28,603 nt of DNA from Octopus sinensis (Eukaryota), in assembly GCF_006345805.1 (NCBI RefSeq), contig NW_021833525.1, forward strand, positions 1 to 28,603, written 5' to 3'. Each line of letters opens with the position of its first letter. Position 1 is the stretch's first letter. The translations under genes and the position numbers were made by a program. The notes beneath the pieces are model-generated. The model was not told the origin of the DNA, did not search any database, and saw only the letters and a list, made by a program, of their open reading frames with translations. This document shows, one piece after another, positions 11,426-22,030 of this stretch.

Positions 11426-11851
11426 GGATCTTTTCGGGTTGAACGGCAGTTTTTAACATAATTTCTAGTACTAAAAATTTTAAACTTCGTATACTGGTAG
11501 AATTGTTTAAACCATCTTTTTTCTCTTGACTTTAATTGAGAAAATTCTATAGTTTGTAGATATTTTGTTGTTTTTTTCCTTCAATTTCTGCAATTTCAAC
11601 CAATCAAATACGTCCATTGAGTAAACAACATCTTTGCCGTATCAATATGTCTCTCGTTTAAGAAACAGATTGGTTTAATTTACATTTGTGAAGAGAAAAA
11701 GATACCTCCCCCCCCGCACACCTAACCCTAACCCTAACTAACCCTAACCCTAAAATAGATTGAAATGCAATAGATCGATACTATGGGTCAATTTATGGTG
11801 ACAATTCAAATGACAACCGCTAGAAAAACTGCCGTTCAAATCGAAAGATCC
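11426..11851. mobile_element. MITE with ~28-bp TIRs and internal (CCCTAA)n, copy 1; Merlin-like by termini and TSD
   Basis: GGATCTTTTCGGGTTGAACGGCAGTTTTT ... AAAAACTGCCGTTCAAATCGAAAGATCC; imperfect TSD GTATGTTA/GTATGTATA; colinear with 17673-18090. Confidence 0.85.
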
Positions 11852-12021
11852 GTATGTATACATTTTCTTTTTCATATTCAAGCCGGTCACTGACAAGGCA
11901 ACAAGTTCTTGCTTTAGTTAAGACGACTCTTACGGTTTGTGGATATCTAAATTAGTTGGTGTGTTTATATATGTGTGTCTGCATATGTATGTGAATAAAC
12001 TTGCATTCATGTTGTGGATAT

Positions 12022-12360
12022 GCTGAGACCTCCCCTTCGGTCATGACTGACCATGGGATTGCACCTAGAAAGTTACCCTCCTAGGCACAAGTCCGGGCAA
12101 GGTTGTTTATAGAAGACCAGCAGTCGCCCATACATATCGGTCTCACTTGTACACGCCACCGATGTTATTATCCAAGGGAAAGGCAAAGGGGCCGATACAG
12201 CTTGGCACCTTGTGACGTCCTCAACTCATTTCTACAGCTGAGTGAACTGGAGCAACGTGAAATAAGTGTCTTGCTCGAGAATACAACACAGAGCCCTGTC
12301 CGAGAATCGAACTCACAACCTCACGATCGTAAACTCGATGCTCTAACATTGAGCCATGCG
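12022..12360 (-). mobile_element. tRNA-derived SINE family C
   Basis: Minus-strand head TGGCTCAATGTTAGAG (A box) and GAGTTCGATTC (B box), central GAGCAAGACACTTATTTCACGTTGCTCCAG; second copy at 19730-20017. Confidence 0.85.
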
Positions 12361-12385
12361 AAATCTGTGATGGATATATATATAT

Positions 12386-12423
<38 letters not shown>

Positions 12424-12428
12424 TATAT

Positions 12429-12495
<67 letters not shown>

Positions 12496-12525
12496 ATATA
12501 ATTATCTATATATATAATATATATA

Positions 12526-12648
<123 letters not shown>

Positions 12649-12991
12649 CTATATATCTATTATATATTATTATATATGCTTTTGTACTTTATTGCTGTTT
12701 ATATGTGTGTGTGCGTCTGTGTGTTTCTGTGCGCGTGTATCTGTGTGTGCGTATTCTGTATGTACATTTGATTGTGTGTGCTTGCGTAGAATTCAAAGGC
12801 TTGAAATGGAGACTCCCTGGGATGTTTTATAGAATTTCACTCTTCCCTAATCGATTGCATTTGGAGAAATCGAATCAGTTTGCTTTGTTCCTAAGACCAG
12901 TGCGCTTATCATAAAAAATGCAAATGAAAATTTAAGGCCTGACCATAAGAGCTATACGTTTCCATACCTGTTTTCTTCTCCACCAATTTTT

Positions 12992-13780
12992 GACGAGGCA
13001 TTCACACTCACCGGGCAGGTGAAATGACCTTTCCGGACTTCTTAAGAATGGCTGGCTCAAGGTATTCAGTCATACTTGAGGGTGGCCCCACCAAGTGTCA
13101 CTCGTGCCTGGAGTCAGGCCACATTAAGAAGGACTGGCCTCGGGGCCGTGGTAAGGTCCCGGAGCAGGGAAAGGTGAAGGTGCCCTCCGCTCTCCCATTG
13201 CAGGGAGAAACGGAGGAAGTCGTCAAGGTGTCGGCCTCAACGAAAAGGAAGAGAAAGGTGAACAACGGTGGTTGCTCATCAGAAGAAGTGCAGGTTGCGG
13301 GAGAGGAGGAGGACCTCCCGGGTGTGCCGACTCCCGCAACCACAAAAAGAAAAAGGAGAAAGAAGAGAAACGGGAGACGGTCGGCGGATGTCGCTGTGCC
13401 GCCGAACCCGAGGCTCCTCGGTGGGAAGTGTGCCACTGGAGCTAGAGGCTCTGTCAGTGGGGATTATGCCACTGACAGAGCAGATTGAGGCCCCTCCCCG
13501 TGAGGAAGAGGTGGAACTTTTCCTTTTCTACATCAGGGGAGGGTCTGTTGAGCTGTACTTGGACAGTCTTCTAGACCGAGAACGATATGACTCAGTCTGT
13601 ATAGACTGTTCAAGTTGGCCTCCGCAGGTGGCTGCAGAGGTCATTACCCAGGAAGAATTGATTGAGGTCAGGATGACCTGCAATAATGAGGATTTTGTGT
13701 CACTCCGTCTGGGCCTGCCAATGCAGGCTTTCCTGCAGGTGGCAGGAAACTTACTTGGAGGCTCGGACGAGGAAGATTAA
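12992..13780 (+). pseudogene. ORF1/gag-like unit 1, 5' truncated and frameshifted: zinc knuckle, K/R-rich tracts, C-terminal domain
   Basis: FPDFLRMAGSRYSVILEGGPTKCHSCLESGHIKKDW (CX2CX4HX4W), TKRKRK twice, frameshift ~13400 into LFYIRGGSVELYLD..CIDCSSWPPQVA; paralogous to unit 2. Confidence 0.75.
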
Positions 13781-14510
13781 TGAAAGGTGAATTTTTGTTT
13801 TATCTTTGAATTTTAAAATTGAACAGTGTTTTCGAGGGGTTATCGGTCGGCGGACGCCAGTGCTCCACCAATTTTTATGCATTTTTGTCGTTATCATCCT
13901 CATCACATTAATGTCTGTCCAGCCCGCAGCTACTCTGTGTACTGCCCTTGTGGCAAACTATGTGAATAAAAGTAGCTCGCTTACTGCTACTAAGCTGTCG
14001 CGTTGTTTTTCGTCGCGGTGGAAGTCACGTCGTACGTGAAAAATTGATAGGTATTGATGGGAAGAAGGTATTTGTTGTTTTGGGAGCTTAGTGAAGTCTG
14101 TTGTCCGTATGGTTATTATTTTTTCGAACATGGGTCTCCACTGAGTTCCAGACATTTCTTTGACGGTAGTCGTACTAAAAGACTCACATTTTAGTGAGAA
14201 TTGTGTGTGTTTTCGGGAGGTGTGCCACTCCGAAATTTTTTTGAAATTTCTATGACTGTGTTTATGCCCTTTCAAGTGGAGTTTTACCATAAAGGATAGG
14301 AGTACAGCCAGAGTTGGACGGAACACTATTTGTGCTGCGGAGGACTACCAGAGTAGCAGAATTATGTGTTGTGTTGCCATTTTGGACTATCTTCTTTCGC
14401 TCTTTCTTTTCTTGTCTGTCTTTCTGATCTTTTTTGAGTTTCTTTATAGACTTTCATTTGAACATTTTTATTTTTGTTTGTGGATTTTTATTTTTGTTTT
14501 GGCTATCAAC

Positions 14511-15767
14511 ATGGCAACTGTGAAATCCGCTTTGGAGTGGCAAATTCTGTCCCCCAAAGAATGGTTGAAAAATTATACGGAGAGAACGGTGGTGTTAAGG
14601 ACCTATTCCAGGGTCCTTGACACCATTAAGGTCTTCTCTGAGGAAGAAATTGAGGAGGAGTTGGCAGACTATCTGCCAACTGTTAAGTTTATCCGCAGGG
14701 ATGTGAAGTATGGAACTGTGTGTGTACTTTTTGACACTCCAGCGGAAGCTCGTGATTTTGCGAGCATGCCTTTGGAGGGGGAGAAAGTTTTGTTTCTCCC
14801 TACTTATGGGGGCAGAAAGTTGACAAGAGCCTGGGCGTGTGGGCTGCCACCCGGTATAGAGGCCGAGTGCATAGAAGACACTATACGTCGGGGCCTGGGT
14901 GGCGGTCCTGCCAGGCTCTTAAATGTAAAAATGTTGCCTGCGGTTGATTGGTCGGGTCAAAAGCAATTTTGACCCTATGGACCCAATCAGCCTATGATCT
15001 GGTTTTACCAGATTTTTTAACATTGGCCGGGTCCAGGTACCCGGTGATGGTTGAGGGACGTACCCCAAGTGTCAGCTGTGCATGGAATCGGGTCATATAA
15101 AGAACTTTGGTAGGGACCAGGCAAATGTCTTGGAACAGTTAATTGAAAAGGTGTCCCCTGCTCCCCCAGTGGAAGAAAAAATCGAGGAGGAGGTAACCTC
15201 CTCGAAAACAAAGGGGAAGAAAAGAAAGAAGGTGGGCAACAATGACTGCCCACCGATGGATCCTGAGACGGCGGAGGGGGAGGGGTGTCCTCCGAAGATG
15301 CCAGAGGAAGTCCACCCTCCTGTCGTAAAAGGAAAAAAGAAGAGAAAAAAAAGAAAAACGGGGCACTGCCGGCGACAGCATGTCCCGAAACCTCTTCGGT
15401 GGGATGTGTGCCACCGGAGGGGAGGAAGAAGATAACCTCGTCAGTGGGATGTGTGCCACCAAGCGAAGGAGTTGAGACCCCTCCCAGTGAAAGTGGTGAA
15501 GAATATATGTTCTGCTATCTCAGGGGTGGGGCTATTGACAGTTTCGTTGAGAATGATATGGATAGTCGGGTCTCTCAGGACCCGACTTGTATTGACAACC
15601 CAGAGTGGCCTTCGCAGGTGGCTGTTCTGGTGCTGGAAAGAAAGTACTGTGATGTTACAATTGACTCGTATAAAAACGAGAATTATAGAATTCTTTTTTG
15701 GAGCCTCGGTTCGCGGTTGCAGGAATGCCTGCAAGTTGCAAGAAAATTACTCGGGGAAGGGTTGTAG
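14511..15767 (+). pseudogene. ORF1/gag-like unit 2, full length with ~3 frameshifts: RRM-like N-terminus, zinc knuckle, basic tract, C-terminal domain; L1/Tx1 ORF1-like
   Basis: ATG at 14511; ERTVVLRTY..KYGTVCVLFDTPAEARDF..FLPTYGGRKLTRAWACGLPP; LPDFLTLAGSRYPVMVEG; KCQLCMESGHIKNFG; FCYLRGGAIDSFVE..CIDNPEWPSQVA; stop at 15767. Frameshifts ~14968, ~15065, ~15385. Confidence 0.78.
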
Positions 15768-16289
15768 ATATTTATCGCCTCCAATTTGTGTATAAATTGT
15801 GTTTTATAATTGTGTGGACTTTTTAGTCCAAATATATTGTATTTTAAATTGTAAGAGGGTTAATACCTCTGTATATGTGTTTTCAAAGAACAATGTTTTA
15901 GAGAAGCAGAGGGTCGGCAGGCACTTTCTGTCTTCTCCCATCTTTATCATTTTTAATTCGTAATCATTCGCTTCATCAATGTCTATGTCCAGCCCGCAAA
16001 GCTACCTTATCTATGTGCTGCCTACATGGCAAATTTAATGAATAAAAATAGCTTGCTTATGTGTCTCGTGGTTAGACGTGTTTTTTTGGCCGTGAGTCAA
16101 ACATTTTGTTGAACGTTGGATTATTTTTCTGTTGGAATTAGTTATTGCTGAACATTTTCGAACTGTTGAACATTGTTGAACTGTTAAACTTTGAAAATTT
16201 TTGTGCTTTTTCCCGGTGACGGGAGAAAGTAATTGTTTGTGTAAAGCCATTTTTGCAGGTGTGAATTGTTGAAATACTGAACTTGTTAA

Positions 16290-16722
16290 AGCCGTTGTAA
16301 GCTTTATTGTCGTACCTCCCCACCCAGTGGGGGTGGGATTTGAACTGTCATCCTCATTAAGAGATAAAAAATATAGGTTTACCGTTTTTTGGGATAATCA
16401 ATTTATTATTGTGTGACAAATTTAATTTTAGCCGTTGTAGGCTCTATTGTAGCGGTGGTGAGATTTGAACTGTTGTCCTCGTTGTGAAGAAAAGAGAAAA
16501 AAAAAACATATCATAGGTTTCCCGTTTTTTGGGATACCGTATTTTTATTATTGTGTGAAAAATTTAATTTCGACCGTTATAAGCTTTGTTGTTACGTCTC
16601 GCCCGCCCCCCCCCCCAGCGGGGTAGGGATTTGAACTGTTGTCCTCTTTGAGAGGGGAAAAAAAAGTAAAAAATTATAGGCTTCCCGTTTTCTGGGATTA
16701 AATTGTGTATAAATTTATTTCG
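16290..16722 (+). repeat. Three tandem ~140-150-bp monomers in the 5' UTR of unit 3
   Basis: Each reads CCGTTRTA.GCT..GATTTGAACTGT..CCTC..ATAGG.TT.CCGTTTT.TGGGAT..ATTGTGT..AAATTTA; starts ~16290, ~16431, ~16573. Confidence 0.9.
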
Positions 16723-16729
16723 AACGAAT

Positions 16730-17165
16730 ATGTCGGTCGAAATAATTTCATAGAAAAATTCACTGGAAGAGCCAGTTAAGAAATTTTCAGCAGTTACCGC
16801 GGTGGCTACTGAAAACGTCGAACTACCAAAGGAAAAGCTCTCCCAGCTTTTTGAAAAAAATGAAAGAAGAGTGGGGGGGGTGATATAAAAATATCACCCT
16901 CACCCTCGTGTTGAAAAATTGAAAAGAAGGACAGTTGTTTTCAAATCATACTGTCCTTCAACAAAGAAATTGAAGCACTTTGAGCAGTGCAAAATTGAAA
17001 AATGTCTCGCTCCCATATGGGAAGACATAAAGTATACAGCGAGGGACTGTACTTATGGCACAGTAGAGGCCAGATTTGAAATAGAAGTAAAAGCCCAAGA
17101 GCACTCAGTGAGTCCCCTGAAAACGAAGGAGTTGGTACACACACCCACCCACACGCCTACCTTTT
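16730..17165 (+). pseudogene. ORF1/gag-like unit 3, N-terminal part only (stop and frameshift, 3' truncated)
   Basis: ATG at 16730; KRRTVVFKSY..IEKCLA..IKYTARDCTYGTVEARFE..A..S..PLKTKELVHTPT aligns with unit 2 ERTVVLRTY..IEEELA..VKFIRRDVKYGTVCVLFD..PLEGEKVLFLPT. Confidence 0.72.
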
Positions 17166-17414
17166 GCCGTTTTTCGTGCTATATATATGTACACGCATAA
17201 ACACACATATATATATATAACCAGCCGAAATTGCAAAGATAATCTGGAACTCGACTGAGGAGAGAAAACTCGGAATGACCCGTCCTTGTTTTCTTTGTAT
17301 CGTCTATCTGGATGTTTTGTTGTCCCCTTTTTTTGTATCACCTAGCTGTCTGGATGTTTTGCGTTCTTGCCCCATTTTGTATGTGTATATATAGATATAT
17401 ATATATATATATAT

Positions 17415-17513
17415 ATCCAAGAATTAAGGAATAAAGTAGATAAAGATCCGGGCTGCATAAGTTTCACGGCGAGCAGCACGGTTTTTATCCACTCCGTTCC
17501 TTAACTCTTGGAT
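17415..17513. repeat. ~100-nt imperfect hairpin (34-bp arms)
   Basis: ATCCAAGAATTAAGGAATAAAGTAGATAAAGATC versus reverse complement ATCCAAGAGTTAAGGAACGGAGTGGATAAAAACC (7 mismatches, all transitions); inner GCTGC/GCAGC. Confidence 0.8.
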
Positions 17514-17672
17514 TTTTGTTCGCCTACTCAGCAATCCTGGCTGCCAACCGTGAAATATAAGATAATTTTTTCAGCTTGTCGCACTTCGAAGCGGGAAAAA
17601 TTCACAAACGTCTACACCAATAAACCACTAGTTGTTTTTTTGTCATTTTCTGCGGATCGTTTAAAGCTCACT

Positions 17673-18090
17673 GGATCTTTTCGGTTTGAATGGCAGTTTT
17701 TAGTATAATTTCTAGGTAACTAAAAAATTTTAAACTTCGTATACTGGTAGAATGTGTTTATAAAACATCTTTTTCTCTTGGCTTTATTGAGAAAATTCTT
17801 TAGTTTGTAAGATATTTGTTGTTTTTTCCTTCAATTTCTGCAATTTCAACCAATCACTGACGTTCATTGAGGTAAAAAAAAACCCATTCTGTGCCGTATG
17901 AATATGTCCCTCTTTTAAGAAACAGATTGGGTTTATTTACATTTGTGAAGAAAAAAGATACCCTTCACCCCACCCCTAACCCTAACCCTAAAACAGATTG
18001 AAATGCAATAGATCGATACTAGGGTCATAATTATGGGTGACAATTTCATGACACCGCTTGAAAAATTTGCCGTTCAAACCGAAAAGATCC
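17673..18090. mobile_element. MITE copy 2 with perfect 8-bp TSD
   Basis: TIRs GGATCTTTTCGGTTTGAATGGCA / TGCCGTTCAAACCGAAAAGATCC; AGCTCACT at 17665-17672 and 18091-18098; internal (CCCTAA)3. Confidence 0.92.
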
Positions 18091-18131
18091 AGCTCACTTT
18101 CTTCCCACACCTTAATTCTTGGATCTTACCC

Positions 18132-18179
<48 letters not shown>

Positions 18180-18180
<1 letters not shown>

Positions 18181-18402
18181 TGGGTGTGCATGTGTCTTTG
18201 TGTTTGTCCCCCAACCTACCACTTGACAACCGGTGCTGGTATGTCTAAGTCCCCGTAATTTAGCAGAGACCGATAGATTAAGTACTCGGCCTAAAAACAA
18301 TGTAAGTGCTGGAGTCGATTCATTCGACTAAAAATACTTCGAGGCGGTACCACAGCATGGCCGCAGTCTAATGACTGAAACAAGTTTAAAGATAAAAGAT
18401 AA
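18180..18402 (+). mobile_element. SINE family A 3' module (a further partial copy lies at ~19095-19225)
   Basis: Matches 4400-4618: CTTGACAACCGGTG.TGGT..CCCCGTAATTTAGC..AAGTAC..CAGCATGGCCGCAGTCTAATGACTGAAACAAG..GATAAAAGATA. Confidence 0.8.
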
Positions 18403-18941
18403 CGATGAAACTCGACTGGAATGTCTTTGATCATAGGTTTGTTTGATCTGCGATGACCTGGGACGAAACATTTACAACAAACTGGAATCCATTTTTGCTG
18501 CTTTTCGGTTTTTATTTACTAACGATGCTTTTTCTAGTTTTTGTCTTGTTTTTGTTTTGATTTCTGTGTAATCGTGCTGCCAACTTTGGCAAGCAGGTAG
18601 CAAAGATTTAAACACACACACATACACACATACACACACATACTCACACACACAAACACACACATACGCACACGCACACATACACACACACTTTCTCTCT
18701 CTTTTACACATACATACACGCGCGCGCACACATACACACTTTCTCCCTCTTTCATATATATACACACACACACTCTTTTTCTCTTTTACATACGCCACAC
18801 ACGCACGTACACACACACGCACACACACTCATATACAAACACACACACTCCTTTTCTTTTTTGCATACGCCACACGCACACACACACTCTCTTTCATATA
18901 CAAACATACACACACTTTCTCTTTTACATACGCCACACGCA

Positions 18942-18973
<32 letters not shown>

Positions 18974-19271
18974 CACACACACGCACACACTTTCTCTCTT
19001 TCACACATACGCATACAAACACGCATATACACAGGCACACGTAACAGCGGAATTTTGGAACCGCTCTCTTTCAAAGTCGCATACCGATGTTTGTTAGTTT
19101 ACGTTCCCATATTCTAGCGGTTCGGCAATAGAAACCGATGGAATAAGTACCAGACTTACAATATAAGACTGGGTGGGGTAAGTCATTTTGCTCGACCAAA
19201 CCCTTCAAACCAGTGCCTCAGCATAATCCCTATAAAAATCAATATTACTCTTCCTGTTCCCCTCTGCTTAC

Positions 19272-19350
19272 TTTCTGCAGACGGCGGCGTGTGTTTGCCT
19301 AATTTTCTCCCAGAAGGAAATATCTCACTTGTAGAAACATGTATTTTTGA
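19272..19350 (-). CDS. Candidate host coding exon (79 nt), SKIHVSTSEIFPSGRKLGKHTPPSAE
   Basis: Acceptor CCCCTTTTTAG, donor AA|GTAAGC, open in phase 0 and compatible with the candidate exon at 21749-21895. No homology recognised. Confidence 0.33.
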
Positions 19351-19400
19351 CTAAAAAGGGGTGGTGGTGGTGGTGGTGGGGGTGCATGTTCATGTGAATA

Positions 19401-19562
19401 TAGTTAAGTTAATTTTTTTGGCGCAAAAAGCAAAAAGCAAGGCCATGTAGGGGGGACATGGAGTTATGTACCGGGAGGGTGTTCATGCAAAGAGTTCAGG
19501 CCATTTCTGGTCGAGAGAGACTTTGAACCGAGCAGTCGTCGGCATCTTCACTATCTCGTCCG
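19401..19562 (-). mobile_element. 3' end of a CR1/L2-type LINE (ORF2 C-terminus, short 3' UTR, tail)
   Basis: Minus strand DEIVKMPTTARFKVSLDQKWPELFA* (stop 19483-19485) fits the LPxEVV..FKxxLD C-terminal motif; followed by a short UTR and A-rich tail. Confidence 0.7.
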
Positions 19563-20017
19563 ATACAGTTTGTTACTAGTGACGTCACAACTCATTTCTA
19601 CAGCTGAGTGAACTGGAGGTACGTGAATTAAAGTACCTTGCTCAAGAACACAACACACAGTCCGGTAATCGAATATACATACCTTATTTATTTCCCAGGT
19701 GGCATTTTGTTTAGACCATTATATATATTGTGAATGATCATGGGATTGCACCTAAAAAGTTCCCCTCCGAGGCACAGGTCCGAGCAAGGTTGTTTATGGA
19801 AGACCAGCAGTCGCCCATGAATACCGGCCTCTCCTCTCCACACCACTGATGTTTACCCAAGGACAAGGTAAAGGTCGATACAGCTTGGTACTAGTGACGT
19901 CGCAACTCATTTCTACAGCTGAGTGAACTGGAGGTACGTGAAGTAAAGTACCTTGCTCAAGAACACAACACACAGTCTGGGAATCGAACTCACTGCGTCA
20001 TGATTATGAGCCTGACG
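19561..20017 (-). mobile_element. SINE family C copy (19730-20017) with partial duplication (19561-19675)
   Basis: Matches 12022-12360; CAACTCATTTCTACAGCTGAGTGAACTGGAG occurs twice. Confidence 0.85.
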
Positions 20018-20056
<39 letters not shown>

Positions 20057-20061
20057 TATAT

Positions 20062-20425
20062 TGGTTTTCAATTTTTAACACAAGGCCAGCCAGTTTGGGG
20101 CAGGGGACCAAGTCGATTACATCGAACCCAGTTCTCAATTGGTACTTATTTTATCAAACCCCGAAAAGATGAAAGGCAAAGTCTACATCGGTAGAATTTG
20201 AACTCAACGTAAAGACGGACAAAATATCCTTTTCTACTCTAAGCACAAGGACCGAAATTTTCGGGGAGGAGGCCAGTCGATTAGTAACTGGTACTTAATT
20301 TATCGACCCCGAAAGGATGAAAGGCAAAGTCGACCTCGGCGGAATTTGAACTTAGAACGTAATGACAGACGAAATCCTGCAAAGCATTTCGCTCGGTGTG
20401 CTACCGTTTCTGCCAGCTCACCGCC
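20062..20425 (-). mobile_element. Two tandem SINE family B copies
   Basis: Reverse complement of GGCGGTGAGCTGGCAGAAAC..GTTCAAATTCCGCCGAGGTCGACTTTGCCTTTCATC at 20223-20425; partial copy at 20062-20222. Confidence 0.85.
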
Positions 20426-20844
20426 TTAATACGTGTGTGTGTGTTTGTGTGTGAGTGTGTGTTAATGCTTGTTTTTTTTTTTATGTCAAGTTATATATTA
20501 AAAACAATTTAACATCAAACTGAGGAATTACTCAATATTTTTTTTTACCAGAATACATGTGAATTAAACTTCTACAGGAGGGGAGACAGTGACTCCGAAG
20601 TTTCAACCTGCTAGTTTTCGTTTGTGCGTATACATACATACATACATATATACATACATACATACATACACACACACACATATATATATACACGCACACA
20701 TACATACACAGGCAGACACACGCACACAGTCACACACACGTACACACAAAACGCACGCATTCATATACACACAATCGTAGCACAAACACAAACATATACG
20801 CATTCATATACACACATATACACTTGCACATACACTCACACGGC

Positions 20845-21004
20845 TGGCTTATACACTTCTCCCTCTACCAAATCCCAGTCACACGAAACTGGCCTGTTTG
20901 AAACTATGGTACAACGCTCTTCCTTAAGTTGCCGTTCTGTGGGATCGAACTCAAATACGATGTGGCTGTTGGACAGCTCTCTTAACCACATACCCGTGCT
21001 CGCA
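20845..21004 (-). mobile_element. Decayed SINE family A head
   Basis: Minus strand GTATGTGGTTAAG..CCACAT..GAGTTCGATCCCAC..GATTTGGTAGA, similar to 3968-4370. Confidence 0.6.
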
Positions 21005-21289
21005 TCCATATCATCCCAACTTTTACGTATATCCAGGACTAAATCGGGCAGTGTTTCTTTCTTTTTATAAAAGTATAAAGTCGGTAGAGTGTGATTTGAA
21101 GGAGATTAGCTGCTTTTTCTCGCATTTGAAGTGACTGCGTTAAGGTCCCGTCGTTGATTTGGGAGTGTTTTTTGACGCGAAGTGAACGACCTTAAATTTG
21201 ATTGGTTCCTTACTGACAACTGCATGCACGTGTAATATCCTTCCTTCATAAGCGCATTACTCACACTATCTTTACTTTCTCTTTGGTTT

Positions 21290-21653
21290 ACTACTACTAC
21301 TACTACTACTACTACTGCGACTGCTACTGCTGCTGCTGCTGCTACTGCTACAATTTCTCTAGGTCTGTATATGCCGGTGTAAACGACAAAAACGTGTTTG
21401 AAGCGTTTGCATTGACAGAACAACGAAAGCTCAGATGGTTGTAGTAGTAGTAATAGTAGTAGAAGTAGTAGTAGTAGTAACGGTGGTGGCGGTGGCGGTG
21501 GCGTTGTTGATGATAGTTGTGGTAGGTTTTCAGCGAGCAGCAACCAACCACCCTCGGATATACCTCATTAGCTGTAAGGATACCGCCTCCGTGGTGGTAG
21601 TAGTTGTGGTTTTGGTGGCGGCGGTGGTGGTGGTGGTGGTGGCGGCGGTGGCG

Positions 21654-21688
<35 letters not shown>

Positions 21689-21791
21689 TAATGGCAAAGT
21701 AAAAAAGAACGCGTGTCACATTCTGATAATAAAACCATCCACACTTACTTCGCAAACATTTCCCACGTGACGCGTAGAGAAAGTTGTAAAA

Positions 21792-21830
<39 letters not shown>

Positions 21831-22030
21831 GCTACTGCTACTACTACTACCACCACAACCGCTACTACTACTGTTGCGAAAGTCATCGCCATCAACTGAA
21901 ACAAAAAAAAATAATTTAAAAAGTTTCAGAAAAATACAAAAACGAATAATAATAATAATAATAATAATAGTAATAATAGTAATAGTAATAATAATAATAA
22001 TAATAGTAATAATAATAATAATAATAATAA
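21290..22030. repeat. Compound trinucleotide microsatellites (CTA/CTG)n, (GTA/GTG/GCG)n, (AAT)n
   Basis: Direct reading. Confidence 0.95.
21749..21895 (-). CDS. Candidate host exon (147 nt) encoding a signal-peptide-like poly-Val stretch, MAMTFATVVVAV..VFTTFSTRHVGNVCE
   Basis: Strong acceptor TTTTTTTTGTTTCAG, consensus donor AA|GTAAGT, length divisible by 3, ATG 3 nt into the exon. No homology recognised. Confidence 0.38.

Noticed and set aside
11721-11753. Telomere or chromosome-fusion relic
   Set aside because: The repeats lie at the same internal position in both MITE copies.
12290-12360. tRNA-like sequences here and at ~25120-25175
   Set aside because: These are SINE heads continuous with SINE bodies and lack a complete cloverleaf.
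16290-16722. Repeat array as CRISPR
   Set aside because: Long degenerate tandem monomers with no unique spacers, no cas genes and a eukaryotic context.
17250-17290. Hammerhead-like CTGAGGA-GAG-AAAA-CTC-GGAA in a (TA)-flanked repeat
   Set aside because: GAAA is altered and no stem I pairing is found; possibly a decayed relative but not supportable.
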